Below, in pieces: positions 47,867-56,588 of a DNA stretch of 64,000 nucleotides. Both the position numbers and the translations under genes were made by a program. The stretch covers positions 1 through 64,000 of the IMG/VR virus record IMGVR_UViG_3300044633_000899; one strand, given 5' to 3'. The notes under the pieces are model-generated. The model saw only the letters and a list, made by a program, of their open reading frames with translations, made no database searches and was not told the origin of the DNA. Every line of letters starts with the position of its first letter. Positions within the stretch are counted from its first letter, which is position 1.

Positions 47867-48256
47867 ATGGAAAAAACAATATACATCGTAAGAGGATGTC
47901 CGGGATCAGGGAAATCAACATTTGCTAAAACACTGGGTGGAATACACATTGAGGCGGATCAATACTTTGTTGATGCTGATGGTAATTACAATTTTGATGG
48001 TAGTAAAATTAAAAATGCTCACGCTTGGTGTTTAGATAGGGTTAAAACGAATATGGCGACAGGTAGAGATAAAATAGTTGTCTCAAATACCTTTACACAA
48101 GAATGGGAATTCCAACCATACCTTGAACTTGCAAAAGAATATGGTTACAAAACTTTCACTATTATAGTTGAAAATTATCACGGAGGTATAAATCAACACA
48201 ATGTTCCAGAAGACAAAATAGAACAAATGAAAAACAGATTTAGTATAAATTTATGA
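47867..48256 (+). CDS. P-loop polynucleotide-kinase-like protein (AAA_33/N4BP2-like)
   Basis: RGCPGSGKST, VVSNTF and HNVP..IEQMKNRF. Confidence 0.8.
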   Translation: MEKTIYIVRGCPGSGKSTFAKTLGGIHIEADQYFVDADGNYNFDGSKIKNAHAWCLDRVKTNMATGRDKIVVSNTFTQEWEFQPYLELAKEYGYKTFTIIVENYHGGINQHNVPEDKIEQMKNRFSINL

Positions 48257-49209
48257 ATAGATTAGACAAACTTAAAGAACAACATCCGGATTTAAATGTA
48301 TCATTAATTGATATCATAACATCATTGGACCCAACTGGTACTTACAAGTATACCGAGTTTTTAATTAAAAACTTTAAAAGGGATAACCAATATTATAGCC
48401 CAAATTTGGATGAACTTAAAGGTTATCTGGGAGTATTTTTGTTCGGTTCAAATGAAATTGAAGTTTTAAATGAATTTGAAAGACACTCAAGATCTAATAG
48501 AATAAAAGAAAAAGACATTAGTAAATATAAAAATTTTCTTGAGTTAAACGAACAAGTTAAGATTGCTGAAGATATTGAAAAACAAAAAGAAGTTGAAAAA
48601 CAAATTTTGAAAATACACGAAGATGACACCTGGTTAGTATTAACACCTTTAAGTTTTGAGGCGTCAAGGGTTTACGGATCAAATACAAAATGGTGTACAA
48701 CACAAGAAAAATATTGGGATAGATATCTAAAAACACATAGGTTAGTTTATTGTATTAATAAAAAAATTGATACTAAAGTTGCGTTTTCAAGAGATTACGG
48801 TGATGATAAATTCCAAGCTTGGACCGCAGACGATAGTGAGGTTAGTCCAATGTTTATAGATTGGATTCCGGATGAAATCTTTTTAAAGATTAGAAAAGAA
48901 TTACAAAAAAATGAAAGAACCATTGATTTAATTTATGGTGAAACCAGAAATAAACCAGTTTCTATTTCAGATATAATTAATATTCACCAAGGTAATAGTG
49001 AAACAACTAATTATCCAATCATACTTGACAGAATAAGAAGTTTAATGGATACTAATCGTTATAATAGTAATTGGACATCTGAACAGTATAGGATACCAGT
49101 AGTAGGACCAAACGATGATTTACCAAACCAAGGTGAATATGAAGTAACAAGAAGAATCAGTGATTACCCAAGAATAAGTGTTAATTATACTGGTGATGTT
49201 TTACCTTAA
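48253..49209 (+). CDS. Hypothetical protein with an ASxxYGxxTKWCT domain
   Basis: EASRVYGSNTKWCT. Related to the central domain of 36940-38880. Confidence 0.7.
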   Translation: MNRLDKLKEQHPDLNVSLIDIITSLDPTGTYKYTEFLIKNFKRDNQYYSPNLDELKGYLGVFLFGSNEIEVLNEFERHSRSNRIKEKDISKYKNFLELNEQVKIAEDIEKQKEVEKQILKIHEDDTWLVLTPLSFEASRVYGSNTKWCTTQEKYWDRYLKTHRLVYCINKKIDTKVAFSRDYGDDKFQAWTADDSEVSPMFIDWIPDEIFLKIRKELQKNERTIDLIYGETRNKPVSISDIINIHQGNSETTNYPIILDRIRSLMDTNRYNSNWTSEQYRIPVVGPNDDLPNQGEYEVTRRISDYPRISVNYTGDVLP

Positions 49210-49221
49210 AAAATAAAAAGT

Positions 49222-49875
49222 ATGAACTTTAAAAAAATATTAACAACAGGAAAAGTATTCATAACATCGGATACACATTACGGACACAAAAATATTGTAC
49301 GAGGTGTAACAAACTGGAGAACCCAGGATGGTGAAATACCTATTGATTCAGTTAGGGATTTTGGAACAATTGATGAAATGAATGAAAGATTGGTTTATGG
49401 TATTAACAATATGGTTGGTCAAGACGACACACTAATAATGTTGGGTGATGTTTCATTTGGGGGATTTGATAATATTGGAATTTTTCTTGATAGATTGGTA
49501 TGTCAAAACATTCATCTTATATTAGGAAATCACGATATGCACATCCAGAACAATCGTGGAAACATACAGAGTAGATTTTTAAGTGTTAATCACTATTTGG
49601 AAGTGAATATTGAAGGAAAAAATTTTGTGTTATGTCATTATCCATTACAAAGTTGGCATGGACTAAATAAAGGCGTTATCCAACTTCACGGGCATGTACA
49701 CCTTAGTCCAGACAAAAAATTTGGTAAAGGTAAAAAAATGGACGTTGGTATGGACGGTAATAACTTAAACCCATATAGTATTGGTGAAATCATTAAGATT
49801 ATGGATAAAAGACCAATATTTTCAGATATGGATAATGATCATCATCTGGATGATTTAGTTGGTATTATTGGTTAA
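49222..49875 (+). CDS. Calcineurin-like metallophosphoesterase
   Basis: SDTH, LGD, GNHD and HGHVH motifs. Confidence 0.9.
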   Translation: MNFKKILTTGKVFITSDTHYGHKNIVRGVTNWRTQDGEIPIDSVRDFGTIDEMNERLVYGINNMVGQDDTLIMLGDVSFGGFDNIGIFLDRLVCQNIHLILGNHDMHIQNNRGNIQSRFLSVNHYLEVNIEGKNFVLCHYPLQSWHGLNKGVIQLHGHVHLSPDKKFGKGKKMDVGMDGNNLNPYSIGEIIKIMDKRPIFSDMDNDHHLDDLVGIIG

Positions 49876-49879
49876 TAAT

Positions 49880-50302
49880 ATGGAAGACAAAATAAAAGAA
49901 AAATTAAAGGATTTAATCAAAAATGTTGGATTTAAATCAACGATAAGAGTTGTCGGATCCTTGGATAAAACATTTGAGATCTTTGATATTAAAGAACCAA
50001 TGGATTTCTTAAATTTATTTAATGATTTGGAATCGGTTCAGAGTGAAGAACGTGAAGATTGGACGTTATATCGTTATAAAAAAGGACATAATTTTATAAT
50101 TTACAATAGAAAAAATGATTATGTTCATATCAATTATGATGAAATTTGGTCAGTTTTAGAAGACAATTTTGGACTTAACTACTCTGAAACACAAGAACTT
50201 ACACAGAGATGGTTGGATGAGGTCTACAATTTAAGGGGAGTCACACCATATATTCAACTTTTTGAAAATCAGCAATATAGTTGGATGAGGTCTACAATTT
50301 AA
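49880..50302 (+). CDS. Stand-alone array-associated protein (WLDEVYNLRGVT domain)
   Basis: Paralog of the C-terminal module of 30782-31879. Its 3' end comprises repeat 1, spacer 1 and part of repeat 2. Confidence 0.8.
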   Translation: MEDKIKEKLKDLIKNVGFKSTIRVVGSLDKTFEIFDIKEPMDFLNLFNDLESVQSEEREDWTLYRYKKGHNFIIYNRKNDYVHINYDEIWSVLEDNFGLNYSETQELTQRWLDEVYNLRGVTPYIQLFENQQYSWMRSTI

Positions 50303-50365
50303 GGGGAGTCATACCAACACCCCCTTCCAACTTTTAGTAAACATTGGATGATATCAACAATTTAA
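50212..50365 (+). CRISPR. CRISPR-like mini-array 2 (two full 36-nt repeats, one degenerate partial repeat, spacers of 32 and 27 nt)
   Basis: Repeats at 50212 and 50280, and a degenerate ATTGGATGATATCAACAATTTAA at 50343. Same repeat as array 1 but different spacers. Confidence 0.5.
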
Positions 50366-50378
50366 TATATTTATTTTT

Positions 50379-50831
50379 ATGAAGATCATAATAACCGAAG
50401 AACAATATAACCTACTACAAGATATTGATGATGGGTTAATAACCTACTCAAGTATATTTAAACCTAAGATTAAGATTTTAGTTATATTTAAAAATAATGA
50501 AAATTACGAAAATCTTATAACGATATTCAATGAGTATGGTTATGGTTTTTATGTACCAAACCAAGAATTAATAATTATTAATGGTGAAATATTTTTAAAT
50601 TCTAACGATTTAACAATGGACGATTTAAGGTTTATTGAGGCTCACGAAATTAGTCACTTACTTTTAAATCACGATGGACCAAGATCCGAGAAAGACGAAA
50701 TGGATGCCGACATAGGTGCGTACATATTATTAACAAGACATAATATTTCAACAGAACGATTAGTGGATGAATTTGAATTTAGACATAATGTTAAATTTGA
50801 TGAAAAACTAACTAAAAATTTTGATATTTAA
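50379..50831 (+). CDS. HExxH metallopeptidase-like protein (IrrE/ImmA-like)
   Basis: AHEISHLLL...E..AD motif. MKIIITEEQ N-terminus after TATTTAT (50368-50374). Confidence 0.6.
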   Translation: MKIIITEEQYNLLQDIDDGLITYSSIFKPKIKILVIFKNNENYENLITIFNEYGYGFYVPNQELIIINGEIFLNSNDLTMDDLRFIEAHEISHLLLNHDGPRSEKDEMDADIGAYILLTRHNISTERLVDEFEFRHNVKFDEKLTKNFDI

Positions 50832-50855
50832 TTTTCTTTTACTAAATTTAGTTAT

Positions 50856-51410
50856 ATGAAGAAAGCGATTTTATTTTTGGATAACGACGGTGTAATATGC
50901 CTTTCCAACAATTGGGGTGGTAGATTTAAGAAAAAAGGATTTGATTCTAATCCCCAAACACCAATGGATATTAGAATGGATGATTTTGATACTAAAGCGG
51001 TTAAAGTTTTAAATGAGATTATTAAGGAAACTGGTTGTGATATTGTGATGTCATCTGACTGGAAGAGACACGGTACTTTGGAACAAATACAAGAAATGTA
51101 TGAAATCCGAGGAATTAAAAAACCAATTGATTTAACACCATTCTTTACTGACTTAGCGGTTAAACAATTATTACCAAAAGATTTTATTTTACCGTATTTT
51201 GATCGTATAGAAATTGAACGACATATTGAAATCCTACATTGGTTAAAAGAACACCCAGAAGTAACACACTGGGTAGCAGTAGATGATTTAGATATGGGAA
51301 TACAAGATGGTTGGGGTTTAACAAATTTTGTTCACTGTCAACGACCACATAATGAGGGAATAAAACAATCAGGAATTAAGGATAAGATTATAAAATTTTT
51401 AAATAGTTAA
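50856..51410 (+). CDS. HAD-superfamily phosphatase (Swiss-Army-Knife RNA-repair-like HAD)
   Basis: LFLDNDGVI, MSSDWK and WVAVDD motifs. Confidence 0.75.
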   Translation: MKKAILFLDNDGVICLSNNWGGRFKKKGFDSNPQTPMDIRMDDFDTKAVKVLNEIIKETGCDIVMSSDWKRHGTLEQIQEMYEIRGIKKPIDLTPFFTDLAVKQLLPKDFILPYFDRIEIERHIEILHWLKEHPEVTHWVAVDDLDMGIQDGWGLTNFVHCQRPHNEGIKQSGIKDKIIKFLNS

Positions 51411-51469
51411 AGGTTAACTTCAATTAAAAATATAGTTACTTATCATAATAAAAAATAAGACAATATAAA

Positions 51470-51775
51470 ATGGTAAAAAAATTAAAATTATTTATGGTTG
51501 ATGAATCACCATATATGGTATCATTAGATCCGATTGAACTCGGTGATAAAGCGATTGTTACTGTTGGAGGACAATACCCTAGTATCGTTGAGTGTTCAAC
51601 AAATCAAGTAATAATGTTAATCACTCAATCTAAATTAAAATCAACACAAGCGTATAAAGTTTTTTTAAATCCAGACAACGTTAAATTGACAACAGAACAG
51701 ATAGATAAAATTATAGAAAATTCCAATGAATTTGAAGTTGAAATAAATGGTAGTGAGATAACATACAATATATGA
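51470..51775 (+). CDS. Hypothetical protein
   Basis: ATG start. Confidence 0.6.
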   Translation: MVKKLKLFMVDESPYMVSLDPIELGDKAIVTVGGQYPSIVECSTNQVIMLITQSKLKSTQAYKVFLNPDNVKLTTEQIDKIIENSNEFEVEINGSEITYNI

Positions 51776-51866
51776 TTTTAGAATCAATATTAATTGTAAC
51801 CTCAACAATAATAATCACACTAATGATTACCTACGAATTATATCGTAGATTTAAAAACAAAAACTA

Positions 51867-52499
51867 ATGGGATATATTGAACATAATTTTTTCCCACTCA
51901 AAGTTTGGCTTAGGAATGAATATCTTTACCAAAATAAAAAGGGTCACGGTGAATTTACACCTGGTGTCATAATATCTGTAAGATGTATGCCAGGACAAGC
52001 AGCATTATTCCAGGTTCTTTTAGAAAATGGTGTAATGCGAGACAAATTACCATCACATGCGTTATTAACGGAACCACAAACACCAAATCCAGATTTACCA
52101 TTTCATTATTTACAGTTATGGAATTGTTTCTCATATAATTTTACATTAACACATTTGTCTTATGTCTATGATACCAAAGTTGAGGTGTATATGAAAGATA
52201 AAAAATGGTACACCGGAAGTTATTACGCAACAATAAATTGGGGTTCAAATGATCTTAATACAGATTTGTCATTAGCGGAAGATCCTATGGAACATAAGTC
52301 ACACCATATTATTTTACTTGATAACGGACAAATCGCACTTCAACCGAACAATAGAATTAAATGGTCAGAACCATCGTTTGTTACAAAACCATTTCCAGAA
52401 AGACCTGATTATTTGGTAAATAAAGATTGGTATAATTGCGAGGGTTTTGACAAATGGCACACAGAAGATAATGAAAAAATGTTTTATGACAATGAATAA
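51867..52499 (+). CDS. Conserved phage hypothetical protein
   Basis: 210-aa ORF with QLWNCFS and QPNNRIKW motifs. Confidence 0.7.
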   Translation: MGYIEHNFFPLKVWLRNEYLYQNKKGHGEFTPGVIISVRCMPGQAALFQVLLENGVMRDKLPSHALLTEPQTPNPDLPFHYLQLWNCFSYNFTLTHLSYVYDTKVEVYMKDKKWYTGSYYATINWGSNDLNTDLSLAEDPMEHKSHHIILLDNGQIALQPNNRIKWSEPSFVTKPFPERPDYLVNKDWYNCEGFDKWHTEDNEKMFYDNE

Positions 52500-52695
52500 A
52501 CTATTAATGATAACAACACCTAAAGGAAATGGTGTAATTGAAAAAATATATAAGTCTGAATTAGATTTTTTAATGTTGAGGATTGATAATTTAGACGGGA
52601 CTTACACAACATATAACTTAGGTAAGTATGATCCAGATAATAATATCTTTACAACAATAATAAATAATGAAAACACTGGATCTACACGGGATTAA
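52486..52695 (+). CDS. Hypothetical protein
   Basis: ATG at 52486, operon packing. Confidence 0.55.
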   Translation: MTMNKLLMITTPKGNGVIEKIYKSELDFLMLRIDNLDGTYTTYNLGKYDPDNNIFTTIINNENTGSTRD

Positions 52696-52888
52696 ACATT
52701 CTGAAGTACAAAGAGTTGTTGATGTTTTTCTTTGGGATAATATCCAGAAAAAAGAAAAAGAGGTTGAAATTATAACAGGGATTAGTGAACAAATGAAATT
52801 CATAGTTAAGAACTGTATAAAGGATTATAATATGGAATGTAATGATGATTTGTTAAATTTTGGAAAAATCATAGTAAAACTTGTCTAA
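52667..52888 (+). CDS. Smr-domain protein
   Basis: TLDLHG and IITG motifs. Confidence 0.75.
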   Translation: MKTLDLHGIKHSEVQRVVDVFLWDNIQKKEKEVEIITGISEQMKFIVKNCIKDYNMECNDDLLNFGKIIVKLV

Positions 52889-52911
52889 TTAAAAAAAAAG
52901 TTATATATTTG
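52880..52911 (+). promoter_or_regulatory. Bacteroidota-type promoter (CTTG-N20-TATATTTG)
   Basis: -7 consensus with correct spacing. Confidence 0.65.
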
Positions 52912-52945
52912 TCAATATAAATTAAAACTATTAAATAACTTTAAA

Positions 52946-53521
52946 ATGTTACATATAATAACACCTTTATATCGTCCTACTAATTTACCAAAAGTTTACG
53001 CATCAATATTTAAAAATGATGATATTATTTGGCATATTTCTAAATCATCTAAAGTTCCTGATCCAGAATATGATTTTCTAAAAAACGACAAACAAATCAA
53101 ATTATATAATGTTGATTGTGAAGATTCGGATACAACCTCAAAAAGAAATTTTGTATTAGAAAAAATTAAAACTGGGTATTTTTGTTTTTTAGATGATGAT
53201 ACCATCTTACACGAAAATATATATATAAAATATCTTGAGTGTAAAGAATATAATTTTATAGGGATGTTAGTTGGAGAACAAATAGATAATAATGGTAAAT
53301 TACGATTAATCGCTAGTAAACCAGTTTTTGGTAGAATTGATACTGGTAATGTAATTGCACATCATAAATGTTTAGAAGTGTGTAAATGGCCAACTCACAA
53401 CCAACCAGGTGTTAATCAAAAAGATTTTCTTTTTTGGGAGTCTGTTTATAATTACTATGGTAATAAATGTGGGATATGGAATCAAACTATAAGTTATTAC
53501 AATAAAATAAAAGTTAATTAA
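52946..53521 (+). CDS. GT2-like glycosyltransferase
   Basis: IITPLYR, SKRN..L and FCFLDDD motifs. Confidence 0.7.
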   Translation: MLHIITPLYRPTNLPKVYASIFKNDDIIWHISKSSKVPDPEYDFLKNDKQIKLYNVDCEDSDTTSKRNFVLEKIKTGYFCFLDDDTILHENIYIKYLECKEYNFIGMLVGEQIDNNGKLRLIASKPVFGRIDTGNVIAHHKCLEVCKWPTHNQPGVNQKDFLFWESVYNYYGNKCGIWNQTISYYNKIKVN

Positions 53522-53522
53522 T

Positions 53523-53786
53523 ATGAAAAAACTATTTTTAACAATTCTAATGGGCATTATGGTAACATCTTGTACGGAAAATGAAAGAGTAAAACAATGG
53601 GGGGGAGAAGGAAACATTAAACTACCAAAGGGTCGTAAATTAGTTAATGTAACCTGGAAAGAAACTCAAGTTTGGTATTTAACACGACCAATGAACTCAA
53701 ACGACGTTGCGGAAACATATCAATTCCAGGAAGAATCATCTTGGGGTGTAATGGAAGGAACATATAACATTATTGAAACAAAATAA
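53523..53786 (+). CDS. Lipoprotein
   Basis: Signal peptide with a VTSC lipobox. Confidence 0.7.
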   Translation: MKKLFLTILMGIMVTSCTENERVKQWGGEGNIKLPKGRKLVNVTWKETQVWYLTRPMNSNDVAETYQFQEESSWGVMEGTYNIIETK

Positions 53787-53788
53787 TT

Positions 53789-54037
53789 ATGACTGAAAGA
53801 GAGTTAATAACTTTAGGTTTTTTAAGTGAGGAAATAAGAGAACACGATGAAGATGATGCTTATTACTACGCCTTAGATGTTGTTGATGGAATAACATTTA
53901 TAACAACAACTAATGATGAAATCAAAGATGATGAGTGGTACGTAGAAATTTTCAATACGGATCCCATTATTAGATTTTATGATTTTCAAGAAGTCCAAGG
54001 GCTGATAAACACATTAAAAAATAGGATTGTAAAATGA
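53789..54037 (+). CDS. Hypothetical protein
   Basis: Operon packing. Confidence 0.6.
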   Translation: MTERELITLGFLSEEIREHDEDDAYYYALDVVDGITFITTTNDEIKDDEWYVEIFNTDPIIRFYDFQEVQGLINTLKNRIVK

Positions 54038-54228
54038 CAAACAAACAAGTTATTTATGAAACATTATTAAATGAACATAGATTAATTACAAATCAAATTT
54101 CGGACATCAAAGCAAATAGTTATGATTTAAATGAATCCGAAAAAAATAAAGTAGTAGAATTACAAAAAAGACAAGTTGAATTAATGAATAGAATGAAAAC
54201 ATTATTCAACGGAAATTTCGGAAAATAA
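54034..54228 (+). CDS. Hypothetical coiled-coil protein
   Basis: ATGA overlap. Confidence 0.6.
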   Translation: MTNKQVIYETLLNEHRLITNQISDIKANSYDLNESEKNKVVELQKRQVELMNRMKTLFNGNFGK

Positions 54229-54233
54229 GAGTT

Positions 54234-54596
54234 ATGGGAATGTTTGATAGTTTATATTTTGATAAAGAAATATTACCGTTATCGGATGATATTTTAAAGG
54301 ATTTTCCAAATGATATTGAGTGGCAAACAAAATCATTAGAATGTGTTCTTGATAGATTGACAATTAAAGATGGTGAATTACTTGTACAAAGGTATGAAAC
54401 AGAATTAACACCTGAAAACGAAAGACCATACCCAAATGACTCCAGACTTAGTTTTATTGGAATGTACCGAAAAATTAACGAAAGGTTTGAGAAATATGAA
54501 CACACTGGATCAATTATGTTTTATTCATTTGTTAATGATGTCTGGTACGAATTTTTTGGGGAGTTCCAGGATGGTAAATTAATTAAAATAACCTAA
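54234..54596 (+). CDS. Hypothetical phage protein (MGMFD family)
   Basis: MGMFD...WQTKSL...F.DGKL pattern. Confidence 0.65.
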   Translation: MGMFDSLYFDKEILPLSDDILKDFPNDIEWQTKSLECVLDRLTIKDGELLVQRYETELTPENERPYPNDSRLSFIGMYRKINERFEKYEHTGSIMFYSFVNDVWYEFFGEFQDGKLIKIT

Positions 54597-54647
54597 CAAA
54601 TAATTTGATTATTTAAAAATAAATGATTAATTTTACCAAAAAAAGAT

Positions 54648-54827
54648 ATGAAGTATTTTAAATTATTTTTGATGTGGTGTGGATTTATAACAATCACGTC
54701 AATGTTCGCTGAATATATTATCAGCAGAGAATTAAACGGATTCCTCCAATTGTTAAGTTTCGTTGGATTGGTTGGGATTTTTATTTTTACAATATACGAA
54801 ACAGTAAATTTATTTAAAAACAATTAA
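54648..54827 (+). CDS. Small 2-TM membrane protein (missed by ORF track)
   Basis: MKYFKLFLMWCGFITITSMF...FLQLLSFVGLVGIFIFTIY, directly upstream of the SPFH gene. Confidence 0.6.
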   Translation: MKYFKLFLMWCGFITITSMFAEYIISRELNGFLQLLSFVGLVGIFIFTIYETVNLFKNN

Positions 54828-54839
54828 AAAAAAAGAAAA

Positions 54840-55787
54840 ATGATTGGACTATTAATTTTTATTTTAGGATTAGCAATTGCTGGAGTTATTGCTTACACAA
54901 CACGAGAACAAATGTTTGAAATTGTTGAATCACGTTATGGTAATTCAGAAGAATTCAAACCATCCTGGGTGGTTAAACCATTATCAGTTTTATTATTAAC
55001 AATGTTGATTGGTATGGTACAACCATTCGCGATTGAAAAAATTGATGCTGGAAACAAAGGGTTAAAAGTTAACTTAGTAGGTAACCAAAGAGGAGTATCA
55101 AGTTATCAATACAAAACTGGTTGGGTAGTTTATAACACCTGGACAGAACAGATTTTAGAGTTTCCAATTTATCAACAACACATTGAATACGATGATCAAA
55201 TTGTTATATTAAAAGGTGGATTCTCAGCAACAATTAAACCAACATTTAATTATTCATTAAAAGAAAATGCTATTGGAGATATGTTTGTGAATTTAAGGAA
55301 ACCAATCACAGATATTGAACAGTTTTGGCTTAAAAATGCAATCGTTGGTGCCGTTAATGATGAGGCCAATAAATGGGAAGTTGATAGTATATTTAATCAC
55401 AGACAAGCGTTTGAAGCAGCAATTGTAGTTGAATGTAACGCAAGACTTTCTAAGTGGTTCAATGTATCACAATTAAGAACAAACATTACACCACCAGAGG
55501 CGTTACAAGAATCAATTATTGCCAAAACAAAATCAATCCAACAAGCACAAGCGTCAGAACAACAAGCGTTAGCCGCAATTGCTGATGGTAAAAGAAAAAT
55601 CGCGGTAGCAAGGGCTGATAGTGCTGAAACAGTAATCAACGCATCCGCAAAGGCAAAAGCAATGGATCTTACACAACAAAAATTAACATCACTTTATGTT
55701 GAATATAAGAAAGTTGAAAAATGGGACGGAAAATTACCAACAACAGTTGCTGGTGGATCTGGGACATTTCTAAATATAAAACAATAA
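54840..55787 (+). CDS. SPFH/band-7/prohibitin domain protein
   Basis: N-terminal TMs, IDAGNKGLKV, an Ala-rich coiled coil and KWDGKLP. Confidence 0.85.
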   Translation: MIGLLIFILGLAIAGVIAYTTREQMFEIVESRYGNSEEFKPSWVVKPLSVLLLTMLIGMVQPFAIEKIDAGNKGLKVNLVGNQRGVSSYQYKTGWVVYNTWTEQILEFPIYQQHIEYDDQIVILKGGFSATIKPTFNYSLKENAIGDMFVNLRKPITDIEQFWLKNAIVGAVNDEANKWEVDSIFNHRQAFEAAIVVECNARLSKWFNVSQLRTNITPPEALQESIIAKTKSIQQAQASEQQALAAIADGKRKIAVARADSAETVINASAKAKAMDLTQQKLTSLYVEYKKVEKWDGKLPTTVAGGSGTFLNIKQ

Positions 55788-55811
55788 AGTTTTATATTAA
55801 TATATAAAGAA

Positions 55812-55852
55812 TCCCCCCAGGTAAAAAAATATCTTGGGGGGTTTGTTTTTTT
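55812..55852 (+). terminator. Intrinsic terminator
   Basis: CCCCCCAG...CTTGGGGGG followed by a T-rich tract. Confidence 0.75.
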
Positions 55853-55873
55853 AAAAAAAATGTTGTACATTTG
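55842..55873 (+). promoter_or_regulatory. Bacteroidota-type promoter (TTTG-N20-TACATTTG)
   Basis: Consensus match overlapping the terminator. Confidence 0.75.
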
Positions 55874-55889
55874 TATAAAATATAAACAA

Positions 55890-56129
55890 ATGAAAATAGA
55901 AACAAATGACGATGTTATCTTCTTGAAAGAAGTATATAACACAATAATATTAAAAACCAATGAAGGTAAATGTCTATACCTTTGTATGAGAGATGGTGGA
56001 TTTGAAATGTCATTAGATAATAAAAATTGGCACATTATTCATAGTGATGATGACTTTACAAAACCTAGTTTAACTAACCCAAGAAATCTTCAATTGGATG
56101 ATGATATCCCACAATCAAATAAATCATAA
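55890..56129 (+). CDS. Hypothetical protein
   Basis: ATG at 55890. Confidence 0.6.
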   Translation: MKIETNDDVIFLKEVYNTIILKTNEGKCLYLCMRDGGFEMSLDNKNWHIIHSDDDFTKPSLTNPRNLQLDDDIPQSNKS

Positions 56130-56133
56130 TAAG

Positions 56134-56328
56134 ATGATACAAGAACAAGGAGAAAAAAATAATAATATATTCCAACGTATAAAAGTAGCGTATCGGAGAT
56201 ATAAGTCAGATGTGTATTTTGTTAAAAACAAGAATAAATTCTGGAAACAGAGACCTTATAGATGGGGTATAACCCACATTTCAATAGCAAAACATGCTAT
56301 CTATTGGGAAATAATTAAATCAGAATAA
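56134..56328 (+). CDS. Basic hypothetical protein
   Basis: ATG at 56134. Confidence 0.55.
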   Translation: MIQEQGEKNNNIFQRIKVAYRRYKSDVYFVKNKNKFWKQRPYRWGITHISIAKHAIYWEIIKSE

Positions 56329-56329
56329 G

Positions 56330-56581
56330 ATGACAGCAGTAGAAGTAATGATAAATGAATTTCAAAAAGAACTTGAAGTGTCTACCCAAATTGGAAATGA
56401 AGATAAAATTAGAATGATTAAACATCTAATTAATATCGCAGGTCAGTATTTACCAAAGGAGAAAGAGCAACACAATGAAACCTGGGACATTGCACACCAA
56501 GCGGGTAGATTTGAAGGTAAAGGGATTGCTGAAGAAAATTGGCAAACATTTGAAACACATTGGGAAGAAACATTTAAATAA
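56330..56581 (+). CDS. Hypothetical protein
   Basis: MTAVE...KEKEQH motif. Confidence 0.6.
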   Translation: MTAVEVMINEFQKELEVSTQIGNEDKIRMIKHLINIAGQYLPKEKEQHNETWDIAHQAGRFEGKGIAEENWQTFETHWEETFK

Positions 56582-56588
56582 TAATAAA

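Noticed and set aside
31478-50365. Diversity-generating retroelement (TR/VR pair) explanation for the duplicated module
   Set aside because: Differences between the copies are largely synonymous and not restricted to adenines, and no reverse transcriptase is present in the window.
31798-50365. Canonical CRISPR-Cas locus or TIGR array
   Set aside because: No cas gene or non-coding leader is seen, spacer lengths vary from 23 to 33 nt, the repeat is weakly palindromic, and the 59-69-nt units lack box C/D-type motifs.
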